Source: Nitrosarchaeum sp. (GTDB lineage: Archaea > Thermoproteota > Nitrososphaeria > Nitrososphaerales > Nitrosopumilaceae). From it: a DNA stretch of 64,000 bases. The notes under the pieces were generated by a model that ran no database searches, had not been told where the DNA came from, and saw nothing but the letters and a program-made list of their open reading frames with translations. Below, one piece after another: positions 18,151-27,935 of this stretch (the stretch's first letter is position 1; each line of letters begins with the position of its first letter). The position numbers and the translations under genes are program-made. The DNA lies in NCBI GenBank assembly GCA_965223865.1, contig OZ245020.1, positions 768,001 through 832,000 on the forward strand, given 5' to 3'.

Positions 18151-19110
18151 ATGAGAAATAACCCTGATCAGATCTCAATTCATGATGATAAATTTTACAC
18201 TCATCATTCTTGTGCGGATAAGAATTATTCTGTCTTGGTAACAGATAATGAAAATGGCGAGGTTTGTTGCAGTAAATGTGGTACTGTTCTAGTTGAAAAG
18301 ACAATAGATAGGGCTAACCCTTCCCGAATATTTTCAAGCGAGGATCATGTTTCCAAGAAAGCAAATGGCCCACCTTCAAAACTGTACATGTCTAGCTTGA
18401 AAAGCTCATCTATTATCCCTGACACAACTCTTGATGCGTCAGGAAGAAAAATGATACCAGAAAACCGGGCACGTTTTTCTAGAATGCGTCTATGGGACTC
18501 TCGTAGCAAAAACAACAAAGAAAGAGGCTTTCTACGTGCATTTACAATACTTGATTCTTTTGCAAATAAGCTACACTTGCCTGAAAACGCAAAAGAACAT
18601 TCTGCCTACATTTACAGAAAGGCAGCAGATAGAAAAATTATCAAAGGCCATTCGATTTTATCTATGATGTCAGCATCAGTATATGTGTCTTGCAAACAGC
18701 TTTCGATACCAAGAAGCATTGATGATGTGGCACAAATTGCAAATATTCCAAAAAAGACATTAGCTCGTTCTTTTAGGCGTCTTGTACGTGAGTTGGATCT
18801 AGAAATTATATCATCAAACATTGACTATGTTTCAAAGGTTGCAAGTTCAGTTTCAATTGGAGAAAAAAGCAAGAGAATTTCAAGCAAAATATTACAAGAT
18901 GCAAAAAAAGAAGGTATTCATGTTGGGAAAAATCCTATAGGACTCACTGCTGCATCGGTTTATCTTTCTGCCATTGGCTCTGGAGAATATGTTACTATGA
19001 AAAAATTGTCTCAAAAAAATAATATCAGCACGGTTACAATAAGAAAACTTGTAAGGGTATTGAGGCCCTTTGCGGCAAGATACATCAAAACCATAGAGGT
19101 AAGCAAATAA
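18151..19110 (+). CDS. tfb: Transcription initiation factor IIB paralog (divergent)
   Basis: CSKCGTV, RMRLWDSRSK, IYRKA, GKNPIGL, VTIRK. Confidence 0.93.
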   Translation: MRNNPDQISIHDDKFYTHHSCADKNYSVLVTDNENGEVCCSKCGTVLVEKTIDRANPSRIFSSEDHVSKKANGPPSKLYMSSLKSSSIIPDTTLDASGRKMIPENRARFSRMRLWDSRSKNNKERGFLRAFTILDSFANKLHLPENAKEHSAYIYRKAADRKIIKGHSILSMMSASVYVSCKQLSIPRSIDDVAQIANIPKKTLARSFRRLVRELDLEIISSNIDYVSKVASSVSIGEKSKRISSKILQDAKKEGIHVGKNPIGLTAASVYLSAIGSGEYVTMKKLSQKNNISTVTIRKLVRVLRPFAARYIKTIEVSK

Positions 19111-19129
19111 CAGGACAGAGTATAACATC

Positions 19130-19423
19130 ATGCCAATCAACCAAGACGAATGGAGTAAAGGAAGTATTTTATCAAAATTAAAACCAACAGTCATAAAGTT
19201 TCTTGAAGGCAATAGATCTCAAGCCTTTACAGATGTTGAGATTCTGGAGTCTCTTAAACAAGACAACCAGAGTGTTTCTAGCCAAGGAGGTCTTCTTACG
19301 GGCATGGATTCATTACTTCTTTTAAGACAAAAGCTGAAGGAATTGATCAGTGAAGAAGTTATCGAATCAAAATTAATTGAAATCGAAGATTCTTCATCTA
19401 TGATGTATTACAAATTCAAATAG
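19130..19423 (+). CDS. Small winged-helix-like protein
   Basis: MPI...EW, FL..N...AFT..EI, C-terminal YY; directly after tfb. Confidence 0.65.
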   Translation: MPINQDEWSKGSILSKLKPTVIKFLEGNRSQAFTDVEILESLKQDNQSVSSQGGLLTGMDSLLLLRQKLKELISEEVIESKLIEIEDSSSMMYYKFK

Positions 19424-19500
19424 AATTTTGGCATGTATGTTACAGGCAGGATGGCACAAAAAAATCCAAAAACATCAAAATAGGGAAGAAAGACTCTAAA

Positions 19501-19770
19501 TTGGAAAGTACAACCAATGAAATTATTATTAGGACAAGAGATTTTGAATTATTGCCTGATGTTGAGCACTATGTACAACATCTAAAAGACGAAGGGATAC
19601 TAGAGAAACTTGCAAGTGAAAACAAACTAACTGCAGAAGAATTAAAAAAACTTCCTCTTGGCCGAATGTGTGATATTTTTGAAGAAAACGTAGGTCAAAA
19701 TATGGAATCAGGAGATGTTATTATTTTTTCTGATACAGGAAATTTTGAAGTATATACTGGAGGCACCTGA
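19501..19770 (+). CDS. Acidic hypothetical protein
   Basis: 89-aa ORF. Confidence 0.6.
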   Translation: MESTTNEIIIRTRDFELLPDVEHYVQHLKDEGILEKLASENKLTAEELKKLPLGRMCDIFEENVGQNMESGDVIIFSDTGNFEVYTGGT

Positions 19771-19905
19771 TATTACAAAGTTTTTAGATTCCGAGTGGGC
19801 ACGTTTCTAGACTCCTTACTGTATCCTCTTACATGTTATGCTTCCAATCAAATTTGAACCATAGAAAACTTTATGATTAAGAAACAAGAAGTATAGTAGA
19901 TAAAA

Positions 19906-20158
19906 ATGCCCAAAGGTAAGAAAAACCAGAGGGTGTCCAATCTTGCAAATACCAGCCCGCCCCCGGCACACAACGTTTAGTTCGAAGCCCATCCAAAGGA
20001 GGAATGCAATAAAGATTCCATTTAATGAAAAATACTATGACAATAACTGAATATTCTGCGGAAAGTGCGAGAGATTCATGAAGATTCCAACTGTTAGATG
20101 CCCATGTTGTAAGGGATCAGTGAGATACAAACCTAGGAATAGAAAATTATTCTATTGA
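19906..20158 (+). pseudogene. Degraded Zn-finger gene
   Basis: ...YYDNN*IFCGKCERFMKIPTVRCPCCKGSVRYKPRN with internal stops and a disrupted N-terminus. Confidence 0.55.
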
Positions 20159-20390
20159 GAAGTGCTTAGAGAAAAGAGATCAGAGTAGAAAAACTAGAAA
20201 AATAAATCACTAGTATTCAGCCTTTTTCATTGCTATGACTCAAAAATAAGTAGATTTTTGTAAATTATTGAAGGGAATTATGACAAATGATAATTAAATG
20301 TCTCATCTAATTTTCAATAATTTTTAGATCATTTCAGAAATGAAAATTGTGTTTTGTTTATAAATACCGAATTAAATCAATGTTGAATTC

Positions 20391-22040
20391 ATGACACAAG
20401 TAGGTACAACTTCAGAAGGAGTACCAGTTATTTTACTAAAAGAAGGCACAAAACAATCGCGAGGAAAAGATGCCCAGCGAAATAATATCCATGCTGCAAA
20501 ACTAATCGCCGAAATAATTCAGACCAGTTTGGGACCACGAGGCATGGATAAGATGCTAGTAGATTCAATTGGAGATATCACAATAACAAATGATGGGGCA
20601 ACCATTCTAAAAGAAATTGATGTTCAACATCCAGCTGCTAAAATGATGGTAGAGGTTGCAAAAGCTACAGATAGTGAAGTTGGAGATGGCACTACATCTT
20701 CTGTAGTATTAGCTGGAGCATTACTTGAAAAAGCTGAATCACTAATTGATGATGAGATTCATTCAGTAATTATTGCAGACGGATACAAAAAAGCATCAAG
20801 AAAAGCTACTGAATTCCTAAATAACATAGCTATCAAAGTAGACCCAAATGATAGAGAAATTTTAGAAAAAATTGCTCACACATCGATGCAAACAAAACTA
20901 GTGTCTTTGGATGCATCAGACCTTGCAAAGCTAACAGTAAATGCAGTATTAACAATAGTGGAAGAAAAGAAGGGTTCTTTCAAAGTCAATTTAGATAATG
21001 TCAAAGTAGAAAAAAAGACAGGAGGTTCTATTTCAGATAGTGAACTAGTTAGTGGAATAATTCTTGACAAAGAAATTGTCCATAGTGGAATGCCTCGAAA
21101 GGTAGAGAATGCAAAAATTGCTTTAATTAGTGAAGCATTAGAGATCAAAAAAACAGAGTTTGATGCAAAATTGAACATTTCATCACCAAATCAAATAAAG
21201 TCATTCATGGAAGAAGAAAGTCAATTACTGCGAGATATGGTAAAGACGATAAAAGAAACCAATGCCAATGTTGTATTGTGTCAAAAAGGAATTGACGATA
21301 TTGTTCAGCATTATATGAGCAAAGAAGGAATTCTAGCAGTCAGACGAATTAAAGAAAGCGACATGTCAAAATTAGCAAAATCGACTGGAGGAAGAATCGT
21401 AGGAAGTGTAAATGATTTGAATAATTCTGATTTGGGTTCGGCTCAAAATGTTGAAGAAAAAAGAGTGGAAGAAGACAACTGGGTATTCATTGAAGGGTGC
21501 AAAAATCCAAAGGCAATCAGCATACTGATTAGAGGAGGTTCACAACGAGTAATTGATGAGGCAGACAGATCAATGCATGATGCATTGATGGTAGTCAAAG
21601 ACGTTATTGAACATCCAAATATTGTGTATGGAGGAGGAGCACCTGAAGCATATGTTGCCATAAAGCTAAGAGAGTGGGCAAAATCGTTGTCGGGAAGAGA
21701 ACAGCTTGCAGTTGAGAAATTTGCAGATGCTATGGAGTCAATACCTCTAGCCCTTGCCAGGAATGCAGGAATGAATCCAATTGATTCAATAACTCAACTT
21801 CGCTCAAAGCAAAATTCAGGAGAATATCATACCGGAATTGATGTCATAAATGGGATTGTAACTGATTTTAAAAAATTGGGAATTGTAGAACCGCTTAAAG
21901 TTAAAGAACAAATAATAAAATCTGCTACAGAAACGGCCAATATGATTCTAAGAATCGATAATGTTGTTGCAGTATCAAAAAGCAGTCAACCTGAAATTCC
22001 TCCAGCAATGCCACCTGGAGGCGGCATGGGCATGTATTAA
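20391..22040 (+). CDS. ths: Thermosome (group II chaperonin) subunit
   Basis: [15 protein letters not shown], full-length CCT fold. Confidence 0.98.
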   Translation: MTQVGTTSEGVPVILLKEGTKQSRGKDAQRNNIHAAKLIAEIIQTSLGPRGMDKMLVDSIGDITITNDGATILKEIDVQHPAAKMMVEVAKATDSEVGDGTTSSVVLAGALLEKAESLIDDEIHSVIIADGYKKASRKATEFLNNIAIKVDPNDREILEKIAHTSMQTKLVSLDASDLAKLTVNAVLTIVEEKKGSFKVNLDNVKVEKKTGGSISDSELVSGIILDKEIVHSGMPRKVENAKIALISEALEIKKTEFDAKLNISSPNQIKSFMEEESQLLRDMVKTIKETNANVVLCQKGIDDIVQHYMSKEGILAVRRIKESDMSKLAKSTGGRIVGSVNDLNNSDLGSAQNVEEKRVEEDNWVFIEGCKNPKAISILIRGGSQRVIDEADRSMHDALMVVKDVIEHPNIVYGGGAPEAYVAIKLREWAKSLSGREQLAVEKFADAMESIPLALARNAGMNPIDSITQLRSKQNSGEYHTGIDVINGIVTDFKKLGIVEPLKVKEQIIKSATETANMILRIDNVVAVSKSSQPEIPPAMPPGGGMGMY

Positions 22041-22258
22041 AAATAAGATCATTTTAAAAAATAGTAAAATAAAATTGTATTCAATAAAAGTAAAATCACA
22101 AAATAAAGTTTTATTAAATTCAGGAATTAAAAATAAAAAACTATCTTTTGAAGAATTAAGCAAGTAAAAATAATTTTAAAAAAATAATTGCAAAAAGCAT
22201 AATTAAAAAAAGTAATTTGGATAAATCCTTTTAAAAAAAAATTTGTTTTTTAAATCAG

Positions 22259-22681
22259 ATGCTAACTAAAACAGATACCAGAAACAATTTGTTGCATGAT
22301 ATTACACATTGGGGCATTCGTGCATCAATTGGTGCTATATTCATTGTTCACAGCATAAAGAAATTTGATCCAAGTTGGCAGGAGTGGTTAATCAGTATTG
22401 GAATTCCACCTGAAATGCAGCTACCAATTGCCCTTGCAGAATTTTTAGGAGGGACATTCCTGATTGTAGGAATACTTACTAGAATTAGTAGTGCAATATT
22501 TTCGGTAATTTTACTTGGCGCAATATTTCACATTAGATGGGAAAATGGATTTTTTGTTTCTGAAGGAGGATGGGAATGGGATCTCATAATGCTTGCTGCA
22601 GTATTATCCATAATTGTGGTGGGACCAGGAAGACTATCTATTGCAAGTAGAATTAAGAAAATTACAAAATACTTACAATGA
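22259..22681 (+). CDS. DoxX family membrane protein
   Basis: R..IG.IF.VH..KK, E..GG..L..G..TR, GPG.LS. Confidence 0.9.
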   Translation: MLTKTDTRNNLLHDITHWGIRASIGAIFIVHSIKKFDPSWQEWLISIGIPPEMQLPIALAEFLGGTFLIVGILTRISSAIFSVILLGAIFHIRWENGFFVSEGGWEWDLIMLAAVLSIIVVGPGRLSIASRIKKITKYLQ

Positions 22682-22775
22682 CATTTTAGATTAAGCAGAT
22701 AAAAATTCATTTATTTTTCTTGAAACGAAATATTCTACCAAGTTAGCAAAATTTGTAATAATAGCAATCTTCTCT

Positions 22776-23156
22776 TTATTCTTGATTTTTGTAATAAAGT
22801 TTGATTACCTCAGCAACTACTTGATTTGTATCTGCATCTTTTTCAGTACTTACCAATAACAGATTGTCATCTCCAAGATAAAATGAAAAGCGTTTTACTT
22901 TTTCATATTCACCTAATGTGTAAATTGTCTTTCCAAGCCATTTTGCCATTTCTTTTCTTGCTTTCCAATCCATTATTGAGAGACTTACCATTTCTTTTTC
23001 TGCATGGGGGGAAAGAAGATTCTCAATTCCTTTTCTCATACCTCCACCAAGGCAAACTGCCCATTCATCATAAACGGTAGCAAATCGGATTTTAGGATTG
23101 GATTCTAAGATTTGTGAACAAAATTTCTCATAATTCATAATTTCTCTAAAAATCAC
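22776..23156 (-). CDS. DUF6659-like protein
   Basis: PKIRFA..., EYEKVKR, LLVSTE. Confidence 0.75.
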   Translation of the reverse strand: MIFREIMNYEKFCSQILESNPKIRFATVYDEWAVCLGGGMRKGIENLLSPHAEKEMVSLSIMDWKARKEMAKWLGKTIYTLGEYEKVKRFSFYLGDDNLLLVSTEKDADTNQVVAEVIKLYYKNQE

Positions 23157-23274
23157 ATAGGATAAATCAGTTTTTGGGAACTTTTTTTTTGAGATTTTTC
23201 AACAAAGATGGAAACTTCGTAAATCACGCTTCTGATTTGTGCAAAACGTTTGATTTTCAAAAACTTGAATTACA

Positions 23275-23863
23275 TTAATTCACAGTTACAGATGCATTGG
23301 CCCATGGATGAATCATACAAAAGTACGGATATTCACCTGTATTATCGAATCTATGAGAGAAAGTTTGTCCAGATTTGATTAAGCCACTATCAAAAGTTCC
23401 AGATGGACCTTCCAAGATAGTTCCACTTGTTACAGTATGGGCTGCATCATCATCATTTCTCCAAATTACCTCACCACCTTTGAAAATTATCAGAGAAGGT
23501 GGATCATAGCATAAATTAATTTCTTCACATCCAGGTATACTAGTTCCTGCAGGAATGCTCACCAATCGTGCAGGTAGTTTCGATGTAGCTAGTTCTTTTG
23601 CTGTTTCACGTATTTCTTGAGTCTCTTCAACTGCTTGTTTTGTTTTTTCTGTGACTTTTTCCAAGACCTCAACACTAGATTCTTTTATTTCTTGTAATTT
23701 CTCAGATGTTTCCTGACTTGCTTCTTTGAGAGGAACAGTTGTTCTTTCCATAGCGGGTGGAATATCAGAGGGTATGCCAGAACCTCCAGTTGCAGTAAAA
23801 CCCACAGCTGCGGCCACTATTGCAACTGCAATGACTATCCCTGCTTTATCCATTGACGTCATG
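23275..23863 (-). CDS. Membrane-anchored plastocyanin-like protein with coiled-coil stalk (track start 23910)
   Basis: Paralog of 13458; HTVTSG, YFCMIHPWA. Confidence 0.9.
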
Positions 23864-23963
23864 ATGCTTTTTTGTAATCTTTCTTTTAAAAGCAAATACA
23901 ACATTATCAAAAAATGAAATTGTCATCGTAGTTAATTAGAATGGCAAAAAAGTAAGAAACAAA

Positions 23964-24835
23964 TTATTTTTTTGCAACTACAAAATCAACTTTATAGTTT
24001 AATGTTGAGCGAGAACTAAATTTTAAATTCCAAGGATAGTAGAAAGGTTTTTTTGTTTTGTCAGATACAGAAAATCCTAATTCCACAAGACTTTTCCTAA
24101 GAGAGATCTCATCAAGTGGATAACTTACAGAATTTTTTCCTCTCTCAAAATCATAAGGATCAGAAACTACAAAAAATCCTTTTTTGACTTGTTTAGAAAT
24201 GTGTTTTAATAATTGGAGAGGTTCAATCAACTCTAAAACATTCAATGCTAGTATTAGACCAAATTTTGTCTTTCCAAAAAGAGGAGAAAGTGAATCAGCT
24301 ACAAAGTAATCCAAATTCTTCATGTAGGTTTTTTTGCAATTGAAATTGCACTATATGATCTGTCTATACCAAATACAATACCATGATAATCTGCTAAAAA
24401 CCTGGTCATTAAACCTATAGAGCAACCATATTCTAAAATCAAGTCTTTTTTAGAAATGAGTTTTAGATGATTTTTGACTAGGGAATAAAATTTTGAGTTT
24501 TTATTGTTTTGATAGATTTTACTCCATTTCTCTTCAAGTGCTGTTCGATCATCTTCGTCTTTTTTTGCTTTTGTTAAAGATTCTTTGAGAAATTTTTTCA
24601 TTTTTTCATGACTGACATGACGATACATCTTTCCTCCAAGAACAAATCGGGATGAAAGATATTTTGAAAAATCATCCCAAATTATTGGAATTTTATTAAT
24701 GATAGGGAATTGTAGTTTACAGTTTTTGCATTCTAAAATGCCTTCAACAATTTCTTTATCCTTACTAAAAATATCCATTTCTAGTTTTGAGCCACATCTG
24801 ACACATCTTAGGTAATTGAGACTAAATTCGTGCAT
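23964..24835 (-). pseudogene. Trm112-like Zn domain plus class I SAM methyltransferase, split by a frameshift
   Basis: CxxC..CxxC.FPI; LEYGCSIG motif I; two ORFs break at an A7 run (24329-24335). Confidence 0.75.
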
Positions 24836-24929
24836 TTTAGATATGATGTAGTTGATTTTGAACTAATAATTTGTTTTAGGTTCAAACCAAGATAATGTTA
24901 AATGTAGTACAAAAAAGGATTAACTCAAA

Positions 24930-26123
24930 ATGAGCGAATTTGAGGAATTTGCAGAGGCGTTATTTGGTCAACTATCAGTAGAGATTAATGAAGAAAAAGA
25001 GATCATTCAGCTAGCTGAAAAAACAAAAGAAGATCTTCAATCAAAAGTAAAATTTGATGAATTAGATAAAATTACCAATGAATTATTTCTCTCACTTAAA
25101 GAAAAAGTAGAAAAATTTTTAGATATTAAAATTCCAGATGTAAGAGTAGAATTTCCAGAACTCAAAGAGTTAAAGAAAATAAAAGGAGCCAAAGTATTCT
25201 CTGATGAACAATCAAAAGAATTTGTAAATGAATTATTTTTGGCAGTTGCAAATGAGGATCAGAAAACAATCGCAGATTTGATGAAAAAAGAAACTGCAAA
25301 GTATCTAGTATATTCTACATATGCTATTCAATACATTTCAAAGATTTCAACAACATACGGAGATTACTTGGATAATGTAATTTATCTAAATAAGTTTATC
25401 CTATCAAGATATCCACAGATTATTTTACACAAACAAGGAGAACCTTTTGATGCAAGATTTGAAACTGTAAACTCTGGTTATCATGGAGCAGTAAAGATGA
25501 CAATTCTTGAAGAGTTGATTCATTCTTCTCAGAAAAACCTACAAGAATTAAACAAAAATGCTGCAACTCAGGTAAATAAAATCAATGAAGAGCTTGCAAG
25601 AATAATTCTTTCACTAGAAACTGAAACCATAAACAAGCTATCTGAGTATTTGCAATTACAGGCAGTACCAGACGATTTTCCATTTGCAAAAAAGGCAAAT
25701 CTGTTTTTCTTTTTGAATCCAGATCATTTCTTAATTGAGCAGATAGGTCCCGATGTAATGACATTTACTCATGTGGAGATTGACCCAAAGATTTCTGAAT
25801 CAATTCCAGAATTGCTTGAAATTTACAAGAAATGGCTCATTCCCATACAACAGCACCACGCAGCATTTACTGTTATGGAAGGAATGGCAGCATTTGCAAT
25901 AGAGAATATCCTAAAAGACGACCAAGATTTTCAAAACTATCTTACTACCTATATGGGCACAGATTTCTCATCATATCAAGTAAGAAAGAACATGGGAAAG
26001 GACTTTACAAAAATTATTTATGAAAAACTGGGAAAAAGTGCCTTCAAAACAATGATTGAAAACCCACCAAATACTAGAGAGATAAAAGAACCGCAATTAT
26101 ACCTCAAACGGATAAAACAGTAA
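24930..26123 (+). CDS. Conserved hypothetical, zincin-like metallopeptidase fold
   Basis: LEELIH..Q and downstream MEGMA..., Y.....G..F. Confidence 0.6.
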   Translation: MSEFEEFAEALFGQLSVEINEEKEIIQLAEKTKEDLQSKVKFDELDKITNELFLSLKEKVEKFLDIKIPDVRVEFPELKELKKIKGAKVFSDEQSKEFVNELFLAVANEDQKTIADLMKKETAKYLVYSTYAIQYISKISTTYGDYLDNVIYLNKFILSRYPQIILHKQGEPFDARFETVNSGYHGAVKMTILEELIHSSQKNLQELNKNAATQVNKINEELARIILSLETETINKLSEYLQLQAVPDDFPFAKKANLFFFLNPDHFLIEQIGPDVMTFTHVEIDPKISESIPELLEIYKKWLIPIQQHHAAFTVMEGMAAFAIENILKDDQDFQNYLTTYMGTDFSSYQVRKNMGKDFTKIIYEKLGKSAFKTMIENPPNTREIKEPQLYLKRIKQ

Positions 26124-26126
26124 CAA

Positions 26127-26945
26127 TTGCAAGAAAAATTTGATCCATATGTTGCTGAATGGGTATCATTTGTAAAAAATCCAAATTTCAATCTAGTTGA
26201 AAAATGTCTAAAATTTGCACAGCTTTTAGAATATCCTGATCTAAACATTGATGCATACATTCAGAAAATTAACAGAATTGGCATGTCACTAAAAGAATCA
26301 ATTAACGAAGTAAAAAATCCAACATATCTAATTTCAATGTTAAATGAACATCTCTTTGAGAATTTAGGATTTAGTGGAGATGATGATGACTACTATAACC
26401 CAAAAAATAATTTTCTAAATAACGTAATTGACAAAAAATCAGGACTGCCAATTACGATTTCAATTTTGTATGTAGAAGTTGCAAAGTTTGTGGGTCTTGA
26501 TCTAAAAATGGTAGGATTTCCAAGTCATGTTTTGGTAAAATATAGTGAAGAGATGATTTTAGATCCATTCAATGAGGGAAGTTTACTTGATTTAGATGAT
26601 CTGCAAGAAATTTTAGATGCAAATTTTGGAGGACAGTTAGAATTTCAACCAGAGTTTCTAGATGCGATTGAACCAGAACAAGTTTTAGTTAGACTTGCAA
26701 GGAATTTGAAAAATTCCTATGTTCAATCTTTTGTATATGACAAAGCACTAAGATGTGCAGATATGGTTTTGGCAATAGAGCCAGATTCTCCTGAAGATAT
26801 AAGAGACAAGGGGATTTTAGAAGAAAGATTACTGCATTCAGAAATAGCATTAGAGTATCTAAACAAATATTTGGAGATTAATCCAAATGCAGAAGATGTT
26901 GATTTTATTCTAGAATTGATTAGAAGTATAAAGACAAAAAATTAA
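26127..26945 (+). CDS. SirB1-like (transglutaminase-like core plus TPR) protein
   Basis: GF.GD..DYY.P.N, G.PIT.S..Y, FP.H, DPF, TPR. Confidence 0.9.
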   Translation: MQEKFDPYVAEWVSFVKNPNFNLVEKCLKFAQLLEYPDLNIDAYIQKINRIGMSLKESINEVKNPTYLISMLNEHLFENLGFSGDDDDYYNPKNNFLNNVIDKKSGLPITISILYVEVAKFVGLDLKMVGFPSHVLVKYSEEMILDPFNEGSLLDLDDLQEILDANFGGQLEFQPEFLDAIEPEQVLVRLARNLKNSYVQSFVYDKALRCADMVLAIEPDSPEDIRDKGILEERLLHSEIALEYLNKYLEINPNAEDVDFILELIRSIKTKN

Positions 26946-27163
26946 TCAATAATAGAATTGATATCTTGTCCTTTCTTGATCATTGATATTTCGTGTCTGG
27001 CAATTTTGTTTCTTAATGCTCTCTTTAAAATATCAACTTCGCTTCGGAGTAAAGCGATTTCATCTTCAAGCTTTGCTACTCTTTCATAGATTATTGCAGC
27101 TTGAGCGATTTCATCTTCAAGCTTTGCTACTCTTTCATAAATTGTTTCAGCTTCGGAACTCAT
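26942..27163 (-). CDS. Small coiled-coil protein with internal duplication
   Basis: IYERVAKLEDEIA twice. Confidence 0.75.
   Translation of the reverse strand: MSSEAETIYERVAKLEDEIAQAAIIYERVAKLEDEIALLRSEVDILKRALRNKIARHEISMIKKGQDINSIID
27053..27139. repeat. Perfect 36-bp direct repeat, 51-bp period
   Basis: AGCGATTTCATCTTCAAGCTTTGCTACTCTTTCATA at 27053 and 27104. Confidence 0.9.
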
Positions 27164-27236
27164 AATTATCTCTCATCAGAAAATTGTCTTAAAAAGTTAT
27201 GGGTAAATTTGTTGATAGGCTCGTAAGCTTTTTGCA

Positions 27237-27398
27237 CTATAATTCAAATTCTTGGCGACATTTCTCGCATTTTCCCCTCTCTTCACCAGGTGGACCAAGA
27301 AGAAATACTTTGCCAATTGTCTTACAAACTGGGCACATTCCAGTTGTAGCATTTTTTGGACCTGTGCGAATAATTTTTTGTGTTTTTCTTCGCCCCAT
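27237..27398 (-). CDS. Elf1-like zinc-ribbon protein, 53 aa (MGRRKTQKIIRTGPKNATTGMCPVCKTIGKVFLLGPPGEERGKCEKCRQEFEL)
   Basis: MGRRK basic N-terminus plus CPxC/CxxC; the ORF track shows only other frames. Confidence 0.75.
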   Translation of the reverse strand: MGRRKTQKIIRTGPKNATTGMCPVCKTIGKVFLLGPPGEERGKCEKCRQEFEL

Positions 27399-27444
27399 AA
27401 CACTTACGCCAAAATCGGACTATTAAGTTTAATTTTTTAAAAGG

Positions 27445-27528
27445 CGCGGGGAGGGGGATTTGAACCCCCGTGTCCTTGCGGACATGGGATTAGCAATCCC
27501 ACGCCCTACCAGGCTAGGCGATCCCCGC
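27445..27528 (-). tRNA. tRNA-Ser(GCT)
   Basis: GCGGGGA/TCCCCGC acceptor stem, anticodon GCT, long variable arm, TTCAAAT T-loop. Confidence 0.97.
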
Positions 27529-27593
27529 ACAGAGATGCCTTGAATTAATCTGTAAATAAGTCAATATTTTTGTGATATTATTTTAAAAATTCT

Positions 27594-27705
27594 CTAATTC
27601 TTTTTTTAATATACTTCAGATTATCCATAACAGCGAGATATTTTGGATCAGCCTCAATTGCACTTTGAAGCTATTTGATTGCATCATTGTGTGACTTGAG
27701 AGCTC
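27594..27705 (-). pseudogene. TPR gene remnant
   Basis: LKSHNDAIK*LQSAIEADPKYLAVMDNL. Confidence 0.35.
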
Positions 27706-27935
27706 AGTTCAGACATACTCTAAAAAAGTTCATTCTTTTAAATTAAATTTGATTTCACCGTCTAATCAATCTCATTTTCTCCATTCTATTTGGACATGTT
27801 CTAGTTGAGAGATTTGTCTCTTATCTTTGAATTTTCTTAATTGGGTCAAAGTACTAAAAGCAAGATAAGACTATCAAGTCAATACATTTTGTCACAATAC
27901 TGAAAAATTTAGCGGTTGGATCTCAAATCTTAAGA

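Noticed and set aside
22041-22258. Very A-rich tract with 60-70 aa ORFs
   Set aside because: Low-complexity intergenic DNA with no repeat unit or coding signal.
14138-23182. TGGGAAC upstream of two minus-strand genes (about 14138 and 23176)
   Set aside because: Only two short hits with inconsistent spacing.
27197-27440. Three ORF-track calls near the tRNA
   Set aside because: Wrong frame or strand; the supported gene is 27237..27398.
27445-27528. tRNA-Ser as an integration site
   Set aside because: No duplicated tRNA 3' end and no integrase seen in the window.
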